Shown: piece after piece, positions 13,084 through 23,050 of the stretch | Layout of the letters: every line of letters begins with the position of its first letter | How positions within the stretch are numbered: position 1 is the first letter of the stretch | Source: Camelus ferus | Taxonomy: Eukaryota | Assembly (NCBI RefSeq): GCF_009834535.1 | Contig: NC_045697.1 | Span: 104,038,001-104,102,000 of the forward strand | Reading direction: 5' to 3' | DNA: 64,000 nt | The notes under the pieces: generated by a model | Databases searched by the model: none | What the model was told of the DNA's origin: nothing | The model's input: only the letters and a program-made list of their open reading frames with translations | Translations under genes and position numbers: made by a program

Positions 13084-16000
13084 CTTTGTGCTGTTCCAGA
13101 GCTTACCAAAGCATCATATATAACTACCTATATAATATTTATCTCTTTCCAATTAGATCTAAGTGCCACTGGATCAGGAACAATATCTATTTTGCTCTTC
13201 ATTGTATCCCTAGCTCTTAGTCTTATGCTAACATAGAATATTGTTAAATGAATAGAGTAGAGCCCTTGGAAGGTGCTGGTGTGGCATATCTGCCGAAACA
13301 TTAATGTGGATATAATGAGCTGCTGTATTCTATAATATTACATACAGCACTTTACTTGGCTTAAAGAAAAATAAGCTCATACACTAAGTATTACATAATA
13401 CTAATATATACTATACAGATGTTAGAGCTTATTATATATTAATTATATTATATGATATACTGTTTTGCATTATATCTCACTCAAGGAGGAAAAAATATGG
13501 CATGTTATCACTGTGGTAATGGAAAGTATGTGAAAATTTTCAGTGAACAGCCAATCCTGGAGAGTTCAAGTATAGCAAACAAGCCTAAAGGAGGACTTAA
13601 ATGACATTTTAAAATGACATCAGAACCCCTACCTATCTCAATGTGTGCGTTTCATCCAGTCACACTGCCAAATAAATAGGTTTCTCCCATTATGAGCCCT
13701 TGTGAGGACAGATGGATCAGAGGCTGAAATTATGCTCGATTCATCGAGGTATCTTGAGGAATAATTCTTCCGGTCTGTGGAAGAAATGTAAGATTTTTTT
13801 TTCTCTTTCTTTTAATCTAGAATGACATTTCCACCTTCACGAGCAACAAGTTAAGACAGAGAGGTATGTGGTGAAAAGTCAGCTTGGTGACAAACCAAGT
13901 TCTTTATCTTCCCCCAAAAGTGACCACTTCCCAGCCTACTTCATTTGACCATTTTGCACAAAATGGTTTCTGGCTCTGCAGGCAAGGGTCAAGGAGTGTT
14001 CTATATTAGTGAGTAATTATCTAGGAGGTTTTAATAAACACTAATACGGTGAAAATTTCTATATTTCTCCATGAACCAATTACCACCGGGAGATTTGTCT
14101 TTTCCCTGGTGGTAAAGCCATCCTCTATTCATAATCCCTCTTCCTAGATTTCTTCCTCATTTAAGGCAGGATTCAATAAAATCTCATTTTGGTTCCCCCT
14201 TCTCAGAAATCCATAAAAGCCCTGAAAAACATTTTGAGCATATTGTCTCTGTACAATTTGATATCCTTTCCACCACAGGCCATTATTCTGGTAAACTCGG
14301 TAAACCCTAATTTAGATCCATGATGTAATTCTTTCATATCAGACTGTGTGAACACGTTTCTTTAAAATAAAACATGGTAGGAAAGTCTTCCGCTGAATGC
14401 CTGCACACAGAGGAAGCTTCATCTATTACCCTTTCACCGTGATAGAAGAGACAAGAAAACAATTTATGAGTCATTTCCATTCTGACAGATGTGACAATGA
14501 CTGAAAATGCTATGCCTGCCAAGAGCTTTTATCAAGTAGGTTATAACAACGCGTAATAAGTGTAAATAATAAATGGCTGGAATCTTAGGGGAAACAGTGG
14601 CAATATGAAACGCTTTTTGGTCCTTCTGAGGGGGCTCTGCTACTCTTGGAATTCCCTGCCTCCCCAGTAGAGTTTTGGCCTGACAATAAACAACAGTTTA
14701 GTACTTTATCTAATCCCAGCCAGGAGGTGAGCTCAACAGCAAGCTTCTGCAGATGTTCACATCCAATAATCTATCCATAATTGATGGAACAGGGAGGTCA
14801 GATGTAATGGCTGCTACTATTCCAGCAACAAATAAATGGTTATTGACAAAACAAGCCAGTGTGGCGCAGAGCGCTCAGCAGTGACAGGCAGGCGATGGTG
14901 CTGAGCGGAGGCAGGGAGGATGACATGGATTCCTCAGTGAGCCGCGTGGCAGGAGGGCCACGCTGACGCACGAGCAGATGGAGGTGACTTGGAAAGGAAA
15001 AGGGAGGTTGCTGAAGTACAAAAAAAAAAAAAAAAAAGAAAAAGAAAAAGAAGAAGACAGGTCAAGGTGGAGAAGAAAAGGATGCACGAGTCCTGGGCAA
15101 GGCTGGGGACCCAGGTAAGTACAGATGCATGCGGTTCATGCCTTTGAATGCGTGCGCTGTGATGCAGACCTCGGGCTGCTTTCATCGCCGGCGTGTCTGA
15201 GCTCACGTAGCTGGCTGTCATGCCGTGTAGCCCAGGTGACTCTACCACCAAAAGTGGATGCATGGGATGCTTTGGTGCCCAGATCCTCCCACTGAGGGAC
15301 ATTCACTGATATTTCTATGTACACTGCAGATACCAGGTTTTTCCTCTGTATATTGGAAAAAAAAATCTAGGAAAAGCACGTATGCAATTTTAACAATATA
15401 TTCAAATAAGCCACAGATGTGAAAATTGTGCAGTGAGAAAATTTCTCAAGACTGGGACTAATCCTGAAATAAATGCTGCTTAAAATCAAATGTACTGCAA
15501 AGGAATGTGAGTGGGAAAGTTTTCTTTAAAAATAAGAACCAAACACGGCACTTGATTCACCGTAACGTAGGCAAAGAGTATAATAAAAGCATTAGAGTAT
15601 ACTTTTATCGACTGAATAAAATTCAAGATATTTAAACATAAATTAACAGCTGAAACCCTACACTTCTATTCCAGTGCTAAGAAATAATATTTTTGCATTG
15701 TTTACTATGTAATATTATAAAATGAAGAATGGTAGAATGAAATGGTAGTTATTATCACTATAGGTAGTCATAAAGAGGCTTAGGACAGAGATGTTTTAAA
15801 TATTAATATTCCTAAACTCACTTAAATCAATTTAACACTCTTTAGTGGTTTATTTAGAAGTGTGATTTATTTTATACTTCACAACCAATGTCTTTGATCA
15901 GCTCTGAAATAACATATGAGCTGAAAATAAAATGGCAAAACAAACTGCTGCTAACATTCTTATAGTAAGCTTTAGGCTTTACAGGATAAACCAGAAAACT

Positions 16001-16959
16001 ACCAGTAGATATGGCATTTTCAAATTATTTATCAATACTTAGAAATGGAGTATTATAGAGCCCCAAAGATCATTTTTGTACTAATGTGCTAGTCGTTCTG
16101 CTTTCTGAGCCCTGCCGTCCTCCCTGCTGGGAGGAGCAACTTTGAACTCTCCCAGTCCCAGTCCCCACCCTGTCCCTGGTCTACCAGGGCACGAGCCTGG
16201 TATCACATCACTTTGCCACTGATCATATTCTGATCTTAACCTTTGTGAAAAGTGCCCAGGCTCTTGCCGTGTGCCTTGAGACCAAGCCCCCAGCATATGT
16301 CCCAGCCCTTGGAGCTGCATCTCTGTCTTGTTTTTCTTGCTTGCATCTCTGTCTTGGTACCTGGTCAGGTCCCTACTTAACTGAAAGTTGGGAGACCTAC
16401 CTTGATGCCATCAACATGCTTCCATCAGAAGTTCCACTCCTGAACCCCAGTCCCTGTGGCTTGGTGCCTTGTCACTTGCCAACGGTGGGCAAAAACTACA
16501 TGTGTGGAGTGTTTTATATTCTTGGTACATTTAATCTTCTCAGATCCCTTGGAGGTAAATATTAATACTCCCATGGTACAAATGAGAAACAGGTGCAGGG
16601 AGGTTGAGGAACTCTCTCTAGTACATGCCATTCTAGAGTTGGGGGAGGAGAAAGAATTTGAACTGGGTTTATTGGACTTTGAATCCTGCTTATTTTCGTC
16701 TTAAGCGCTGTGATATGCCTGCTGCCAGGTAACCCTGAGCGTGACTGCGCTGACCTAGCTTCACCTACAGCTTACTGCCTCTTGGCATCATTCCCAGAAG
16801 CTACTCTGCACTCACCTGCAGGGGTACCCACTGCCCAGTGTCCCGCGTTCTAGACGTTAACCTCAGGCTTGCCTGGTTACAGCTTTGCCTGTTACCAGTT
16901 GCTATTTTTTCATCACATGGCCTAATTATAATCCCTGATAATAGTTAATACAAAATATT

Positions 16960-17540
16960 TCTTATGTCATTTCCTCTGCTTGTATGACTCCCCTTTTCAA
17001 ACAGACAAAAAACACATCACTTTATAATGGCCTCCAAGACCATCCATGATCTTGTCTCTCTGACTTCAGCTTCTGCTACTCTGCTCTCGTTTTGCTTCTC
17101 CTCTGCCCCTCTGGCCCCAAGCCTCCTGGGCATGTTGCTGCCTTGGGGCTTTGGTCCTGACCATCACCCCTGCTTGGAGCGTACTTCCCTCCCCTGCCTA
17201 GCTGACTCTCTCATTTGCTTCCGGTCTTTTTGCAAATGCCAGCTTCTCAATTAGGCCTTCTCGTCGTCTGTTTGAAATTTCTCCCGCCTACCACTTGCTT
17301 TGGCCCTCCTGAATCAGTCCTTTAGCTTTTTCCTTTTTTTCTACAGTGCTTATTATTGTCTAACAATCAACTGTTTGTCATAACTCAGTTGTTCATTATG
17401 TTTAATCTTCATTGTCTATCTTTCTTCAATGGGATGGAAGTGCCATGAGGACAAAGATCTTTGTTTCGCTATTGATGTATTCCCATTGTCTAGAGCAGGG
17501 TTTGGCAACAGATTCTCTAAAACTATTTGTTGGATGAGTA
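16960..17540 (+). mobile_element. L2 3' region relic
   Basis: Pyrimidine-rich body with GGCCTCCAAGACC..., TTTGCAAATGCCAGCTTCTCA, and tail ...TATTTGTTGGATGAGT. Confidence 0.65.
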
Positions 17541-17569
17541 AGTTATAGATTGCTCTTAAGACTATACAT

Positions 17570-17745
17570 ATTAACTAATTTAATCTTCCCAACACCAGCA
17601 GATAGGCATTATTATTATCCTTACCTTTTTTTTAAGGTGAGGCAACTGAAGCATATAGAATGAAGCCTCTGGACCAAGGTCATACAAGTGGTAAGTGATC
17701 AAGGAAAGACTTAGACCCAGGCCATCTGATTTCAGTGATGGCACT
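17570..17745 (-). mobile_element. MIR fragment
   Basis: ATTTAATCTTCCCAACA...TGAGGCAACTGAAGC...CCAAGGTCATACA. Confidence 0.6.
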
Positions 17746-18509
17746 ATTACCTGGCCCTCTCTCCCTGCTCAGTGCCATGATGCTGCCTGACAGTGCCATC
17801 ATGCAGGCCAGCCTCCAAGTTCTGGCTCCTTTTGGTACCACCTACCCTATTGTTGACCAAGATTATAATGGCGTCCTACAACAATGTCGTTAAGGAAACT
17901 TAACAAGGTTTAATGACTTGTCCAAGAACAAAACACCTGTTGATAAAACCACAACTAGAACTCAGGATGTCTGACTCCCCTTTTGGTGGTCTTTCTGGCA
18001 CTTTCAAATCCGATTTTGAAGACTGGAATGATTGCCTGGACAGTACTTTTCCATTCCCATATAATCTATTATAATACACAGGTAAAAAGTAATTTTTGCT
18101 TTGAAAACTTGTGACAGATATTAATAATAATTATTTATGTACCATTTTAAAAGGAAAATGTTTATTTTGTTAATATCTGTGATATTATAGACATGTAAAA
18201 TGAACATCATAAACAGTCACTCTGCTGTAAGCTAATATAAGCTCATAGGGAAAATGAATATGTTTAATTAAATTTAGGAAAAATGTATAGTTAAATCATT
18301 TGCAGTACAATAATAAGGACCAATAAACCATTATCTATTAACAATTCCATTGGAATTTTCATCTACATGCTCTATTAATAAATACCATCTTCATTTTACG
18401 AAGCAGGATGCTAAGAGATTTGTCTATGACCTGGGAAGTCAGTGGTGGCAGTAAGAATAACATAATCCTTGCAATAACCCATACTTTTACTATTCTGTAA
18501 TATTCTGCA

Positions 18510-18770
18510 GCGTTTATGGAGGGAGTGAAGGATGCCAGACATAGTGCTAAGTACTTTCCACATGTTAACCCATTTAACCTTCACAACCACCTTGTGGGTA
18601 CCTATTAGTACCTAACTGATATTGACGTAATCCTTATGCTGCAGGTAAGCAGCGGAGGCACAAGAGAGGTTAAGTAATTCACCCAAGGTCACAGAATTAG
18701 AAGTGGCAGGACCAGGATTTGGAATCAGGTAATGTAACTCTAGGGGCCATGCTCTTAACCACTACATCAC
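18510..18770 (-). mobile_element. MIR, near full length
   Basis: TGCCAGACATAGTGCTAAGTACTTT...AGAGAGGTTAAGTAATTCACCCAAGGTCACA...TGCTCTTAACCACTAC. Confidence 0.8.
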
Positions 18771-19151
18771 ACTGTGATAACGGTTAAGACACTAACAGAG
18801 AGAACTGAGAACTGAAGTTTACAGGAAGGACTCTATCTCCCTCTCCCTATATTATTTTATCCCAAAATTATAAAATTCTGCCCTACCAGATTCTTTAGCT
18901 GAAAATCTAACAAATGATACTTATTATGCCCTTTCTCTTGCATTTACTGAGAGTTGCTGGTGGATAGCAAATTTGCATCAGTAGCAAGAAGAGACTAGGG
19001 GTTGTAGGAATAATGTGTTGAACACACTGCTTTTGAAAGAGAACTCTATTACTTTTCCTTTTTACAGATATATTAACTCTAGCACTGCTAAATATTTCAT
19101 TGTCAGCAAAGCATCCAGAGAAAACAAGGCAAGTTCAGCTAAGCAGTTAAG

Positions 19152-19225
19152 TCATAACCAATGAAGAATCCATGGTACCCCACTATCTTCATAACCAATG
19201 AAGAATCCATGGTACCCCACTGTCT
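19152..19225. repeat. 37-bp tandem duplication (1 mismatch)
   Basis: TCATAACCAATGAAGAATCCATGGTACCCCACT(A/G)TCT twice. Confidence 0.97.
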
Positions 19226-19629
19226 ATGCCAATGGAAGATAAGAGGGGGATGGGAGATGAGATTAGAGGTGAGAATTCCTGACATCTCTTTCTCTGGAGA
19301 AGCTACAAAGCAGTGGGTCACTCTGAGCCTGATTCCACCTGCCCTCCCCACTCCCTGTGTCCTCCCGCCGTCTTCCCCCAATTCTGTGCTGACACTGAAC
19401 TGGCCCAGCAGCAGACAGGCGATTTTTCTTTTTAAGGTTCGAGTGTTATTCTGTAATAATTTCCACTGGACAAGAATAAGAAAGTGTAACTTGTGCCAAT
19501 CAGTACTTCATTAAGCAGAACAGATGAGAATGTTATTAAAAATTTATATGGGAGATTTGTGATGAGACTCAACAAAGGAGTTTAAAATCATCTTACTGAC
19601 AGCTTCCCCAGTTGCGACAGCATCGACAG

Positions 19630-19870
19630 TTAGGAATGTAGCCTACTCCTCAGTCAGTCTTGGCGCTACATTTGCTAGCTTTGTGACCATAGGGAGGTCA
19701 CTTAGTCTAAGTCTCAGCCTTCTTCATCTGTGAAATGGGAACTAATACAAAATACTATTAATATCTGCCTTTTAGGGGTCTTGTGAGGATTCAGTGAGAT
19801 AAAGCATATAAGTAATATGGTTGGGCACAGTTCTAGACACGTATCACACAAGGACCCAGTAGTTGTTATT
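19630..19870 (+). mobile_element. MIR
   Basis: TAGCTTTGTGACCATAGGGAGGTCACTT...CTCAGCCTTCTTCATCTGTGAAATGGGA...TTGTGAGGATTCAGTGAGAT. Confidence 0.75.
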
Positions 19871-19999
19871 GTTGTTCATGAGGATGCTCTCCTATCAGGT
19901 AGGGCTCATTTGATTTCATGGGGCAAAAACCACCCCAATCTAATTTAGGCAAAAGGGGAAACTAGGGACTCAAATGCTGCTAGCAACTGTTTCTTCCAC

Positions 20000-20485
20000 T
20001 TCTTTTCTTTTCTTTTTTAAATGGAAGTATAATTGATTTACAATATTATGTTAGTTTCTCTTGTATAGCATAGTGATTCAGTTATATATATATATATATA
20101 TTATATATATATATACTCTTTTTCATATTCTTTATCATTATAGGTTATTACAAGCTATTGAATATGGTTCCCTATGCTATATAGTAAGACCTTGTTGTTT
20201 ATCTATCTTATATTTAGGAGAATCTGCAAATCCTGTACTCCTAATTTATCCTCCCCTTAGCCCCTAGTAACCATAAGTTTGTTTTCTATATCTGTGAGTA
20301 TGTTTCTGTTTTGTGAATAAGTTCATTTGTGCCATTTTTTTTTTAGATTCCACAAATAAGTGATAGCCTACGATATTTGTCTTTCTTCTTCTGGCTTCAC
20401 TTAGTAGGATAATCTCTAAGTCCATCTATGTTACTGCAGATGGCATTATTTCATTCTTTTTAATGGCTGAGTAGTATTCCATTGG

Positions 20486-20522
<37 letters not shown>

Positions 20523-20625
20523 TATACCACATTTTCTCTATCCAGAAATCTGTCAGTGCATATTTAGGTTGCTTCCATGTCTTGGCTATTGTAAACAGTG
20601 CTGCTATGAACATTGGAGTGCATCT
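20000..20625 (-). mobile_element. Young L1 3' fragment containing (TA)n and GATA/GACA microsatellites, apparently inserted in an old MaLR-like LTR
   Basis: Antisense L1 3'UTR/ORF2 end (TAGATTCCACA..., GGCTGAGTAGTATTCCATTG, GTTGCTTCCATGTCTTGGCTATTGTAAACAGTGCTGCTATGAACATTGG). Confidence 0.9.
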
Positions 20626-20899
20626 CTGTTTCTTGTTTTTCTCTCTTGGTGTGTTAATTTTATTCTCTCAGCCAACCACTCTCCACTCCTCTAGAAGCTC
20701 CCAGGCTAACTCCTGACCACAGTGGACTGGCTCTGATTCAAAAAAACATCATGATCAGGGAAGCAACCTGATTGGCTTAGTTTGTTTAGGGACCCTCTCC
20801 TAGAGATGTGCTGGGGTGAGATGTAATGCTGGTGGTGATATCTGTAACCCCAAGGTTAGAGACAAGTTCATAGCCAGCAGAAAGGTTACGGTGGGAACA

Positions 20900-21660
20900 G
20901 TGCAATATTCTGGGAAGACAAAGATAATAGATGTCCTCCCATTTGCTATTAAAAGTTCTTCTGCCTAGCTGTGTCTCCTCCTGGGGCTTCATCTCAGTTA
21001 ACAGTATCATCATACCTTGGATTACTCAAACTAAAAAACATCAGATTCATCTTGGTCTCCATCCTGTCTGTGTACTTTATCTACCCAGTCAGGAAAATTG
21101 TAGAGCTGTGAAATGTCTCTCAAATGTGTCCATTATGGGCTACACCACAAACACCTGAGTTCAGAGGCTCATTATTGCTTACCTGGAATATATCAGAAGA
21201 GCCCTATAATTAGTCTTCCCTTCTCCTGTCTTTCTTTTGGTCCTATACACAACTGCTGGGCTGTCTTCTAAAACAAGTTCCTGCCCTACTTAGGTTCTTA
21301 AAGATCTCATCCCACCACCCTGTCTTTTAAGCCTCTCCCCCAACAGCCCCACTGCCCCCACACTCACTCTCCAAATGTGATGGAAAGCATTTTCTGCCCT
21401 CCCAGGCGTTTACTTGTGCTGTTTCCTCTCCACTGAGGGGACAGGCACCATTTATCTTGAGTGGTTCAATTCAAATGCCATTACCTCAATCTCCAAATCA
21501 GACAGAGCTTCCCCGTTGCCTCTCTAGCTCTTGGTTCCGGTTCCAAGGATGGCACAAGTATGCCTTAGGTGTCTGTTTCCTCTATGGATAATGCAGTCTT
21601 GCAGTCTAATAAGAATCTACTTGAGTGAGAGGAAACTGCTCAGATCTGTTATTGAACAAT
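20900..21660 (+). mobile_element. L2 relic
   Basis: Degenerate pyrimidine-rich L2 3' ORF/UTR motifs (CATCTCAGTTAACAGTATCATCAT, CTTACCTGGA, TGCTGTTTCCTCT). Confidence 0.55.
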
Positions 21661-22029
21661 GTGCGCCAAACGGAAGTTTAAAACAAATAATAGTCCACAA
21701 TTGACATAGCTATTACTAGTCTTGTTCATATGGACTCTGGCCAGATCTACTCAAGATACCATAAGCTGTAGGGCTGTATTTTTCCTCCTATTTTATTATT
21801 TTTGCTTTATAATTTATGTGTTATCTTTTTACTTTATCAGGTCATCTTTAAATGTCCTTTATTACTTCTTAGGCATTTAATAACTTTCTTTAATGTTTTG
21901 GGTTGAGATGAGCTGCAAAAATGACTAAGTGCTATCTATGATCAATCCTATGCTGAAGATTTTTACTATGAACAGTCTATATAAAACCAACTGAAATTAT
22001 TAATTAAAACCTTTAAATTTTAATGGGAA

Positions 22030-22560
22030 TGGAAAGAAATAATAGTTTACTTTTTTATTACAAAATCAATGTATGTTAATTGTAGAAATTTGGGGGAATA
22101 CAGATCCATAACTCCCCCCAAAATAGAAAATTAAAGTCATTCATTACTACAGTTTCCACAGAAAACTGAAAACAATTTGATGTTTCCAGTATTTTCATAT
22201 ATACATGTATATATCTATGTATGTAACGTTATATAAGTAGTCATAATGTACATTGTTTTGTGCCCTAATAGTTTGCTTAATTCATAGATAATACTTTTAT
22301 TGTTATAAAATATTTACTTTTTGTGTCACAGGATACTCAATAATGTTTAATCAATTTGCTATTGTACACTTACTTTGTTTCTGGATTTTTACCCATTACA
22401 AACAACAAATAACATTGTATATAAAAGTTATAGCTAAATCTCTGAATATATTAATAATTATAGCAAACAATATTACAGCTAAATATTTGTATACATTAAT
22501 AATTATTTCCTTTAGATAAATTTTGAAATGAGTAATTTCTGAGTCAAAAGATATGCAAAA
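22030..22560 (-). mobile_element. Ancient L1ME-like 3' fragment
   Basis: Antisense motifs such as TTGTTTCTGGATTTTT...ATTACAAACAA and ATTATTTCCTTTAGATAAATT...TGAGTCAAAAG. Confidence 0.55.
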
Positions 22561-22729
22561 TCGTGAGTGTTCTTAAAACAGAACAAAGCTATCAGTTATT
22601 GAACGGTAACTAAATGCCAAGCACATGACTATTTTGTCTCATTTAATCTTCACAGGAAATTTATTATCCCTATTTTACAGGATGGAAAAGGAAGCTTAGA
22701 AGTCAAGTGATTTGCACTGGCGTCATCGA

Positions 22730-23050
22730 CAGCATCAGTGCTGCTCCCGTAATCTCTGCAGCCAAAGGCTTCTGAGCCAGCACCTGGCACTTTCTGCCTG
22801 ATGGCTGGGCTCACGGTAAACTGGAATTGCCAGAGAATTAGTGTTCCTGGAAGCAGCTCTCAACCAATAAAGGTTGGGAACTGGTGGATAAATACACCAG
22901 CTCCCTTGTTTCTCCATTGGGATAACTGATTTGTTTCCCAGAGTGCTCAGCAGGACTGATGCTCCTGCTGGTGGAACCTCTCCCAGATAAACCACCTGTA
23001 CTCAAATCTATGTCTCCAAGTCTGCGACTGGGGAAACTCCAATCAAAACA
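22730..23050 (+). mobile_element. LTR16-like ERVL solo LTR
   Basis: CTCAACCAAT...GGTGGATAAATACACCAGCTCCC...CCCAGATAAACCACCTGTACTCAAATC...GGGGAAACTCCAATCAAAACA resembles the LTR16 3' half. Confidence 0.75.

Noticed and set aside
16810..16935. Possible cryptic TTC29 exon ending in CAG|GTGAGT on the minus strand
   Set aside because: Strong donor but only a mediocre acceptor and no protein similarity; such motifs are expected by chance in 64 kb.
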